Of a stretch of DNA of 64,000 nt, positions 39,155-48,499 are shown one piece after another. A program made the position numbers and the translations under genes. The DNA comes from Pristiophorus japonicus (lineage: Eukaryota). The DNA lies in contig NC_091988.1 of NCBI RefSeq assembly GCF_044704955.1, positions 133,982,001 to 134,046,000 on the forward strand. The letters are read 5' to 3'. Under the pieces are notes generated by a model. That model did no database searches. It had not been told where the DNA came from and saw only the letters and a list, made by a program, of their open reading frames with translations. The first letter of the stretch is position 1; the number at the start of each line of letters is the position of its first letter.

Positions 39155-39752
39155 ACTTAAGCTCGTCCAAAACTCTGCTAACCCATTTCCTAACTCGCGG
39201 CAAGTCCTGTTCACCCATCATCATCATCATAGGCAGTCCCTCGGAATCGAGGAAGACTTGCTTCCACTCTTAAAATGAGTCTTTAGGTGGCTGAACAGTC
39301 CAATACGAGAACCACAGTCCCTGTCACCCCTGTGATCACTGACCTACAATTGGCTCCCAATCCAGCAATGCTTCAGATTTAAAATTCTCATTCCTGTGTT
39401 CAAATCTCTTCATGGCCTCACCTCTCCAGCCCTACAACCATCCGAGACCTCTGCGTTCATCCAATTCTGACCTCTTGTGTATCACACCATCCTTTCATCC
39501 CATTGGTGGACGTGCCTTCAGCTGTCTAGGCCTTAAACTTTCCCGAAATCTCACCGCCGTCTCTCTCCTCTTTCAAGACACTCCTTAAAACTGACCTTTT
39601 TTAACCAAGCTTTTAGTCACCTGCCCTACGGTCCCTGTCTTAATAGTTCCTCCTTGGGCTCGATGTCAATCTTTGTCTGTATACGCTCCTGTGAAGCACC
39701 CCGGGATGTTTTTACTGAGTTAAAGGTGCTATATAACTGCAAGCTTTTGTTG
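39155..39752 (+). mobile_element. L2 3' fragment with nested RTE tail (about 39215-39325, minus)
   Basis: Homologous to the L2 3' ends at 18690, 21150, 26960 and 9640; interrupted by (CAT)n-AGGCAGTCCCTCG. Confidence 0.8.
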
Positions 39753-39870
39753 AGGCACAGAGGGAGCTAAAGTGTGCACTGCAATATTTCTGAACACTTT
39801 ACAAATAAAGATGCCAGCCCTGTGGTTTGTAGAATATCATTCTAAATCACGCTGTGCTTTTTTTGCTCAG

Positions 39871-39967
39871 CAGATGAGGATTTCAGCAGGCCAGGGTGTG
39901 AGAAATGTAAGCCTGGATATTTTTCGAACATAACCTCTAAATCGGAAACCTGCAGGAAATGGACCGA
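39871..39967 (+). CDS. CD40: CD40 exon 5 (CRD3 end and CRD4)
   Basis: Tandem acceptor ttttgctCAG|CAG (alternative start 39874), donor GA|GTAAGT; ADEDFSRPGCEKCKPGYFSNITSKSETCRKWT with N-glycosylation sequon NIT. Confidence 0.92.
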
Positions 39968-40785
39968 GTAAGTCTAGCACTGAATGAATTTATCCAGGGT
40001 CATCCCAGAAATAATCTGCCATAAAATGATCAGAACAGCTGCCTGATAGCCTCGCGGGTAAAGGCGGGCCTGATGTAGGACTGGGACATGCAGGGCAGAA
40101 TGTCCTGGTCTGGCCTGAGTTTGCTGATCTCACCCAAGGTGGGAGTTAAGAGTACACCGATTCTACTTTGGACCTGCAGTCTAGGGAAGGGAAAAAAACA
40201 GCCAGCTTCCATGGTGGGGAAAAATATCAGGCATGTTCCTGATTTCTGTCTAGTGACATCACCTGGAAAGAGTGTGGTGCAGTGCATGTGCAATTTAAAT
40301 ATCTCTTTTATCATGCTATTCTTCAAATAAGTTGTTTGCTGTGATAGGAGAGTTAAAGTACTAGAAGTTCAGTTTTAATGGAGAGTTAGGGTATTAGAGG
40401 GAAGGGCTTTAATGAGAGAGCCTGGGATAGGTTTAATGGAGGTAGGGTACTAAAGGGATTGGTTCTAATAGAGAGATAGGATATTCGAGGGGTGAGTTTT
40501 AATAGCAGCGTTTGGGTACTGGAGGTAAGTTTCAATGGGAGAGTTTGGGTATTAGAGGGGTAAATTTCAATCGAGACGCTGACTTTCAATGGGCCAAATG
40601 GCCTTTCCCTTCCGTGACTGTTATGTTCTTGTGACAATGTCTGAATGTTGGGTCCTTACATTGCCATGCAGCAACAGCACCACCTGTTGGCCAAGTTTGA
40701 AGGAGCACACACTCAGTTTTGCACAAATCTGGAGCTGCCTTATCGGCCAACTGATGGCAGCTGCCTGGTTGTACGGGGGGGCAAG

Positions 40786-41436
40786 CACAATGGAGTGCTC
40801 TCTACACGGGAGCCCTCCCTTTATTTACTGGGGACTTGGTCTGGAGGGTGTTACACAGAGCAATCCCGTGCAATAGGTTTTTAAGTCGGTTCACGGACTC
40901 CCAAGCTGCCTGTAATTTCTGCGGTCTAGAGGAGTCCGTGTTCCACGTCTACGTTGACTGTGTGAGGTTGCAACCCCTCTTCCAATATTTGATGGGGCTG
41001 CTCCTCAAATTCTGGTTGCACTTCAGTCCCACGTTCCTGATCTTTGGGCACCCTGTGCGGAGGGGAGCGGGTAAGTCTGAGGGCCTCCTCATGGGCCTGC
41101 TCCTGGGCACGGCCAAGGGGGCCATGAACCGGTCCAGGCAGCGGTCGGTCGAGGGGGACGTTCAGCCCGACTGCCTGCCTCTCTTCCACGGTTACATCCG
41201 GGCCAGGGTGTCCCTGGAGATGGAGCACGCGGTGTCCACCGGTACGCTCGCGGCCTTCCGCGAGAGGTGGGCGCCGGAGGGACTGGAGTGCATCATCACC
41301 CCCGGCAACCAAATTTTAATTTGATTTAAGTTTACGGTCAAAAGTTGAATTTGTTTAATGTGTCAGTTTTAGTGCTCCCACCCCCCCACCCCCCCTTAAT
41401 CAGGGGGCACTTGATTTATATTTTTAACTAAAATAG
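40786..41436 (+). mobile_element. Tx1/L1-clade LINE 3' fragment (ORF2 C-terminal zinc knuckle)
   Basis: ORF 40836..41324 has WRVLHRAIPCN..CNFC..EESVFHVYVDC (CCHC); TSD TTGTACG(n)CAAG on both sides. Confidence 0.85.
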
Positions 41437-41521
41437 TTGTACGGGGCAAGAGTCTGTCGGGGGAGGGACAACGGGAAAAGGGTGAAAAATAATAACTGTA
41501 CTTTCCATTTTCTGCTCTTAG

Positions 41522-41577
41522 CTGTGGGTCACTCCAAATGCTGGTGAATGGCACTGCAACAACGGATGTGATATGTG
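41522..41577 (+). CDS. CD40: CD40 exon 6 (CRD4 C-part)
   Basis: Acceptor ttttctgctcttag, donor G|GTGAGT; DCGSLQMLVNGTATTDVIC with sequon NGT. Confidence 0.92.
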
Positions 41578-42086
41578 GTGAGTATGACTCCGAGAGAAGT
41601 TCTTTCCTCAATCTTCTTGGGAAGCAAGGAATGATTGTGGCCCAAATCAAATGAAGTCAGTGGAAATGGAAAAAGGGGGGAGATGTATAATGGGAGTCTG
41701 ATCTGCTATCGCCGGTCTTACACTGGCTCAAAGTCAAAATGACCTCCACTGTCACACACTAAAAATCATTCCTTTTGCAAACACGAAACTATAGACTTCC
41801 TCATCTGTGAATCTTCCCTATATCCTCCAGTCTGAAGGCTTTTAAAACCCCTGCTTGATGTAGTCTGATCTCTGCCTCTCCATTTATCTTTGTCTTCGAT
41901 CCAACTTTTCTCAAACTGGCTGGCGTCCTGATCTGTGGACGCTCAACAATAAAACAGGCTTGAGTCAGAAGGTCCTGTCGGTGACCTGACCAGTCCAGTG
42001 ACAGTGAGCAGTTGGCTGTAGGACATTGGAGGTCTCAGCAAGTTTAGTTATGGGGCACTCTGACCTGCCTGGCCCTTTTCCATACT

Positions 42087-43275
42087 AAACATAGAAACAT
42101 AGAAAATAGGTGCAGAAGTAGGCCATTCGGCCCTTCGAGCCTGCACCACCATTCAATAAGATCATGGCTGATCATTCCTTCAGTACCCCTTTCCTGCTTT
42201 CTCTCCATACCCCTTGATCCCTTTAGCCGTAAGAACCATAACTAACTCCCTCTTGAATATATCTAATGAACTGGCATCAACAACTCTCTGCGGCAGGGAA
42301 TTCCACAGGTTAACAACTCTCTGAGTGAAGAAGTTTCTCCTCATCTCAGTCCTAAATGGCCTGCCCCTTATCCTAAGACTGTGTTCCTTGTTTCTGGACT
42401 TCCCCAACATCAGGAACATTCTTCCCGCATCTAATCTGTCCAGTACCATCAAAATTTAAAATGTTTCTATGAGATCCCCTCTCATCCTTCTAAACTCCAA
42501 AGTATAAAGGCCCAGTTGATCCAATCTCTCCTCATATGTCAGTCCTGCCATCCCTGAGTGGGATTTTTTAACTTCAGTGGGGGTGTTCCTGGTATTTCGC
42601 AGGAACATACCATGCAGGTTATTTTTTTGATTTTTTAAAAATATATTTTGAAAACTGATTGCCTCCCCAGGTGGTCTTTGAAAAATACAAAATGGCATCT
42701 GAGACCCGAGAATATAATGGCGGGGAAGAGGAAATTGAGGGAACAAAGTGGATTATTTTGTTTTGTTTCTCAATTCTCACCATTTCCTGTGGCAGCATTT
42801 ACTGAGGCTGGTGGGCCCCACAGCTGTGGGTTACAATCATAAGAACATAAGCAATAGGGGCAGGAGTCAGCCCTATGGCCTCACGAGCCATAAGATCTTC
42901 GACTTCAGCTCGACTTTCCTGCCCGATCTCCATATCTCATGATACCCCTAAAGTCCAAAACTCTATTGATCTCAGCCTTGAATATACTCAAAGACTGAAT
43001 CCACAGCGGCAGAGAATTCCAAAATTCACAACTCTCTGAGTGAAGAAATTCCTCCTCATCTCAGTTTCAAAAAGCTGACCCTTTAACCTGAGACTGTGAC
43101 CCCTGGTTCTAGACATTTCAACCAGGGGAAACAACCTCTCAGCATCTACCCTGTCAATCTCAGAATCTTATATGTTTCAATGAGTTCATCTCTCATTTCT
43201 CTAAACTCCAGAAAGTATGGGCCCAATCTACTGAATCTCTCCTCATAGGACAACCGTCTCATTCCAGTGAACCTT
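42087..43275 (-). mobile_element. Two CR1 3' fragments (42087-42553 and 42837-43275)
   Basis: CR1 C-terminal peptides and CATAGAAA / CATAAGAA tails. Confidence 0.88.
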
Positions 43276-43634
43276 GATTTGGTGGTGGAAGCTTAAAACT
43301 GTCTCTGAGCAATGGAAGACAATGAGATTCTGAAACTGGTGGCGCTGGATTGAATGGACACAGATATCTCCAGTTAGACTTGGGCCCAATTAAAATATAA
43401 TCAAGGCTCTGGCTTCAAACTCCAATTTACTGCGTGGGCACTCATTCAGAGGTGATGGATCTAAATCACTGGTATTGGATAGCCTGATGGTGCATAATGC
43501 ACTGTATCATTGATTGATAGAAGTCAGGTGGTGAGGTCTGATGTCTGGCCCAGTGAGGTAGATTTTCACCTGCCAGTCTCTTCACGGTGAATTGTGCCAA
43601 CTTGTACCAGGAGGTAGGATCACATCTGAAAATC

Positions 43635-44078
43635 TCCAGATGGTATGTTCCGCAGTCTCTCTCTGTGAGGTAGGATTGTGCCACCCATTCTCCAGATGGT
43701 AGGTTCCACTGCCTTTGCACCCACCCATTCTCCACTTGGTAGGTTCCACTGTCTCTGTGAGCTAGAATTGTGCCACCCGGTCTCCAAATAGTGGGTTCCA
43801 CTGCCTTTTCACCCACCCATTTGACACTTGGTAGGTTCCACTGTCTCTCCCTGTGAGCTAGAATTGTGCCACCCAGTCTCCAAATAGTGGGTTCCACTGC
43901 CTTTTCACCCACCCATTCTCCACTTGGTAGGTTCCACTGTCTCTCACTGTGAGCTAGGATTGTGCCACTCAGTCTCCAGATAGTAGGTTCCACTGTCTCT
44001 GTCTGTGAGGTAGGACTGTGCCACCTATTATCCAGATGGTAGGGTATGCTATCTCTCTCTCTGTGAGGTAGGATTGCC
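43635..44078. repeat. Composite tandem repeat (about 92-96-bp dimer of two GGTTCCACTG-containing subunits), CD40 intron 6
   Basis: CACTTGGTAGG recurs at 43733, 43825 and 43921; GGTTCCACTG recurs every 40-55 bp. Confidence 0.9.
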
Positions 44079-44330
44079 TTGCTTGTGAAGTGGAATCACA
44101 CCTGCCATGCTCCACATGCGAGCTCACCTGTCTGACACCAGATAAGCTGCTTGCCCACAGCGAGGGGTGGGGGTGAATAGAGGCAAGCCAACTGCACCTC
44201 TCTCACTCAGACCACCCACTCATCATTTACAGTGATACAGTCCAACCTACAGGTAAATAAAAAAAGGAGATGGAGTGATATAATTTGTTAAAGAATCTGG
44301 ACTATTTATTGCTGTATACTCTGTTGTCAG

Positions 44331-44441
44331 GTACCCCTGAACCTCCATCCAAGGTGGGATTAGTCACGGTGATAATATTCCTTAGTGCACTACTTGCTGC
44401 CATCGTATTGTCTTTCTTCATATTTTATGGACGTAATCAAG
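44331..44441 (+). CDS. CD40: CD40 exon 7 (stalk and transmembrane helix)
   Basis: Acceptor ctctgttgtcag, donor G|GTAAGT; GTPEPPSK-VGLVTVIIFLSALLAAIVLSFFIFY-GRNQ; lies inside ORF 44285..44533. Confidence 0.92.
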
Positions 44442-44568
44442 GTAAGTGGTTAAGACATTCCATTTTGTGTATTTTTTTTACTAGTTTTGTGAATTTTATA
44501 CATGTCAGGATGAAGGATGTTGGACCTGTGTAATGTGACACTCTCCATTTTGGGTGTTCATTCTCAGT

Positions 44569-46475
44569 ATCAAACACTCCCAGGGCAGCTACAGCACAGG
44601 TTAGATACAGAGTAAAGCTCCCTCCACACTGTCCCATCAAACACTCTCAGGGCAGGTACAGCACGAGGTTAGATACAGAGTAAAGCTCCCTCTACACTGT
44701 CCTATCAAACACTCTCAGGGCAGATACAGCACAAGGTTAGATACAAAGTAAAGCTCCCTCTACATTGTCCTATCAAACACTCCCAGGGCAGGTACAGCAT
44801 GGGTTAGATAGAGAATAAAGCTCCCTCTATACTGTCCCATCAAACACTCCGAGGGCAGGTACAGCACGAGGTTAGATACAGAGTAAAGCTTCCTCTACAC
44901 TGTCCTATCAAACACTCCCAGGGCAGGGACATCATGGGTTAGATACAGAGTAAAGCTCCCTCTACACTGTCCCATCAAACACTCCCAGGGCAGGGGCAGC
45001 ATGTGTTAGATATAGAGTAAAGCTCCCTCTACACTGTCCCATCAAACACTCCCAGGGCAGGGACATCATGGGTTAGATACAGAGTAAAGCTCCCTCTACA
45101 CTGTCCCATCAAACACTCCAGGGCAGGGGCAGCATGTGTTAGATATAGAGTAAAGCTCCCTCTACACTGTCCCATCAAACACTCCCAGGGCAGGGACAGC
45201 ATGGGCTAGATACAGAGTACAGCTCCCTCTACACTGTCCCATCAAACACTCCCAGGGCAGGGACATCATGGGTTAGATACAGAGTAAAGCTCCCTCTACA
45301 CTGTCCCATCAAACACTCCCAGGGCAGGTACAGCACGGGTTAGATACAGAGTAAAGCTCCCTCTACACTGTCCCATCAAACACTCCCAGGGCAGGGACAG
45401 CACGTGTTAGATACAGAGTAAAGCTCCCTCTACACTGTCCCATCAAACACTCCCAGGGCAGGGACATCATGGGTTAGATACAGAGTACAGCTCCCTCTAC
45501 ACTGTCCCATCAAACACTCCCAGGGCAGGTACAGCACGGGGTTAGATACAGAGTAAAGCTCCCTCTACACTGTCCCATCAAACACTCCCAGGGCAGGTAC
45601 AGGGGGTTAGATACAGAGTAAAGCTCCCTCTACACTGTCCCATCAAACACTCCCAGGGCAGGTACAGCACGGGTTAGATACAGAGTAAAGCTCCCTCTAC
45701 ACTGTCCCATCAAACACTCCCAGGGCAGGGACAGCATGGGTTAGATACAGAGTAAAGCTCCCTCTACACTGTCCTATCAAACACTCTCAGGGCAGATACA
45801 GCACAAGGTTAGATACAGAGTAAAGCTTCCTCTACACTGTCCCATCAAACACTCCCAGGGCAACCAGGGGGTTAGATACAGAGTAAAGCTCCCTCTACAC
45901 TGTCCCATCAAACACTCACAGGGCAGGGACAGCACGTGTTAGATACAGAGTAAAGCTCCCTCTACACTGTCCCATCAAACACTCCCAGGGCAGGGACATC
46001 ATGGGTTAGATACAGAGTAAAGCTCCCTCTACACTGTCCCATCAAACACTCCAGGGCAGGGGCAGCATGTGTTAGATACAGAGTAAAGCTCCCTCTACAC
46101 TGTCCCATCAAACACTCCCAGGGCAGGTACAGCATGGGTTAGATACAGAGTAAAGCTCCCTCTACACTGTCCCATCAAACACTCCCAGGGCAGGGACATC
46201 ATGGGTTAGATACAGAGTAAAGCTCCCTCTACAGTGTCCCATCAAACACTCCCAGGGCAGGGACAGCACGTGTTAGATACAGAGTAAAGCTCCCTCTACA
46301 CTGTCCCATCAAACACTCCCAGGGCAGGTACAGCACGGGTTAGATACAGAGTAAAGCTCCCTCTACACTGTCCCATCAAACACTCCCAGGGAAGGTACAG
46401 CACGGGTTAGATACAGAGTAAAGCTCTGTCCCATCAAACACTCTCAGATCAGGTATAGCACAACTAGATATGGTG
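44569..46475. repeat. 67-bp minisatellite, about 28 copies (CD40 intron 7)
   Basis: Unit CCCAGGGCAGGTACAGCACGGGTTAGATACAGAGTAAAGCTCCCTCTACACTGTCCCATCAAACACT. Confidence 0.98.
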
Positions 46476-47008
46476 CAGAATTCCCTATACTGTGATCCAA
46501 CAATGTGTCTCAAGCCCACCCTCAGAAGACCACCCCCTACCGTACTTGTGTGGCAATTTTCACTTCCAGTATGTGTCTTCCTGGGCCATGAATCGATCTT
46601 TTGGGTGAGACGTTAAGCCAAGGCTCCATCTGTCTCTTTGGGTCAATGTTAGACATCCCAATGGCATCAACATCCCTCCTTCAGCCAACAGCACTAAAAT
46701 CACATCAATTGGCCACTTACTATTTAGAGTATTATGGAAACATTTGCAGGACTTTGCGCACTTCATAAGAATTAATTGGCAGTGAAGGACTTTGGGGTGG
46801 CCTGGTGAGGTGGTTTATAAATGAATGTTCTTTCCTTAATGATGAGCTGTTGATGTGTGCCTACTGGGAACTATGTAAAGACCGTGCAGACTTAATTCAC
46901 ATACAGCAGGGAAGGACATTTTATACTGAATTCCACCCATACTTGGGTGATGGGTGCTGGCTGGGTACAGTCTCACAGGTGATTACATTGTGTGTCTCCC
47001 TCTTTCAG

Positions 47009-47046
47009 AAAATCGGACTAAAATAATGGATGCCATCAGCAGGCTG
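47009..47046 (+). CDS. CD40: CD40 exon 8 (juxtamembrane cytoplasmic, ENRTKIMDAISRL)
   Basis: Acceptor tctccctctttcag, donor CTG|GTAAGT; phase 1 to phase 0 bridges exons 7 and 9. Confidence 0.85.
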
Positions 47047-47116
47047 GTAAGTTATGCTATAAATGATTTGGTAGCATTCAGTACTTCCGCCAAGTGTAAT
47101 ATTTCACATGTGAGCC

Positions 47117-48145
47117 TGATAGGGGGAGGGGTCACTGATCGGGGGAGGGGTCACTGACGGTGATCGGGGAGGGGTCACTGATTGGGGAGGGGTCACTGAC
47201 GGTAATTGGGAAGGGGTCACTGATTGATCGGGGGAGGGGTCACTGACGGTGATCGGGGAGGGGTCACTGATCGGGGAGGGGTCACTGATGGTGATCGTGA
47301 GGGGTCACTGATTGGGGGAGGAGTCACTGACGGTAATTGGGGAGGGGTCACTGATCAGGGAAGGGTCACTGATTGATCGGGGGAGGGGTCACTGATGGTG
47401 ATCGGGGAGGGGTCACATTGATCGGAGGAGGGGTCACTGATTGATTGGAGGAGGGGTCACTGATCGGGGAGGGGTCACTGATCGGAGGAGGAGGTCACTG
47501 ATCGAAGGAAGAGTTACTGATCGGGGAGGGGTCACTGTCAGTGATTGGGGAGGGGGTCACAGACAGTGAGATGGGGAGGGGTCAGTGATTAGGGCAGGGG
47601 TCACTAAGTGAGATGGGGAGGCGTCACAGTGATTAGCGGAGGGGTCACAGTGAGATGGGGTGGGGTCAGTGATTAGGGGAGGGGTCACAGTGAGATGAAG
47701 AGGGGTCAGTGATTAGGGGAGGGGTCACAGTGAGATGGGGAAGGGTCAGTGATTAGGGGAGGGGCTCACAGTGATTGGGGAGGGGTCACTGACAGTGATT
47801 AGGGGAGGGGTCAATGATTGGCGTGCGGTCACAGTGAGATAGGGAGGGGTCAGTGATTAGGGAGGGGGTCACTGAGTGATTAGGGGCGGGGTCAGTGATT
47901 AGGGGCGGGGTCAGTGATTAGGGGTGGGGTCAGTGAGATGGGGTGGGGTCAGTGATTAGGGGTGTGGTCAGAGATTAGGGAGGGGTCACAGTGATTGGGG
48001 CAGGGATCAGCGATTAGGGGCGGGGTCAGTGATTACGTGTGGGGTCAGAGATTAGGGAGGGGTATCAATGATTGGGTTGGGGTCAGTGATTAGGGGCGGG
48101 GTCAGTGATTAGGGGAGGGGTCAGTGATTAGGGGCGGGGTCACAG
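47117..48145 (+). repeat. G-rich 18-20-bp minisatellite, about 50 copies (CD40 intron 8)
   Basis: TGATCGGGGAGGGGTCAC units grading into GTGATTAGGGGCGGGGTCA. Confidence 0.96.
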
Positions 48146-48376
48146 GCTGTGGTTCACTCCCTGGGCTGGTGACGGTGCAGCCAGCGAGTGTCTCTAACGC
48201 TGCTACGGCTGGGAGCAGGTCAGTGGCTCAAGACCAGGACTTGAATCGGGGACCTTTCTGGTTGCTACATTGCCACGAATGGGGCAATTATTGTTGCTAA
48301 ATAGTAAAATGAAAATTGAGCTTTGTGTTTTATCTTTTGATAAACTGCCAAGGTGACGGTGTATCTATGTTTTTAG

Positions 48377-48499
48377 CTGAAGTCGGGCGACAAGGCTATC
48401 GCGCCAATCCAGGAGCGGACTGAGAACGGCAGGATAGTCGCCACGGCTGGAGATGAGGATAAGTGCACTGAGGATGGCACTGAGCTTCTGCCTGTGTAA
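48377..48499 (+). CDS. CD40: CD40 exon 9 coding part (cytoplasmic tail with PIQE motif, stop TAA)
   Basis: Acceptor tatgtttttag; LKSGDKAIAPIQERTENGRIVATAGDEDKCTEDGTELLPV*; PIQE fits the TRAF2/3-type (P/S/A/T)x(Q/E)E consensus. Confidence 0.85.
   Translation: MKSGDKAIAPIQERTENGRIVATAGDEDKCTEDGTELLPV

Larger units (their letters stand above)
20439..48499 (+). other. CD40: CD40 / TNFRSF5-like gene, 9 coding exons, 277 aa (whole-gene span ATG to stop)
   Basis: Nine GT-AG-bounded exons (51, 82, 126, 150, 97, 56, 111, 38, 123 nt; intron phases 0,1,1,1,2,1,1,0) join into one open frame: MMLNPRLLACCMFCLFQCCPVSSNACDSVAQYSKFGKCCSKCPAGTYTRSECTEEKDAECHPCGHGLYQSEWNTLDHCQMHKSCNSNGGFEVQEAGTVHSNTICRCQAGKHCVNKDCEICKDNDDCERGYGLIDITADEDFSRPGCEKCKPGYFSNITSKSETCRKWTDCGSLQMLVNGTATTDVICGTPEPPSKVGLVTVIIFLSALLAAIVLSFFIFYGRNQENRTKIMDAISRLLKSGDKAIAPIQERTENGRIVATAGDEDKCTEDGTELLPV*. 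Four TNFR CRDs with CD40-type spacing (WN..C..HK.C, FSN..S....C..WT.C, GT..TDV.C). Exon number and phases match human CD40 as recalled (51/79/126/147/94/62/87/29/159). TNFRSF membership is secure; orthology to CD40 is strong inference. Confidence 0.88.

Noticed and set aside
43466-43993. 175-aa repetitive ORF on the minus strand
   Set aside because: Read-through of the composite tandem repeat.
44569-46475. CRISPR-like look: constant block alternating with a variable block
   Set aside because: The variable part is only about 12 nt and reuses a few related variants rather than unique spacers; there are no cas genes, and the context is a vertebrate intron.
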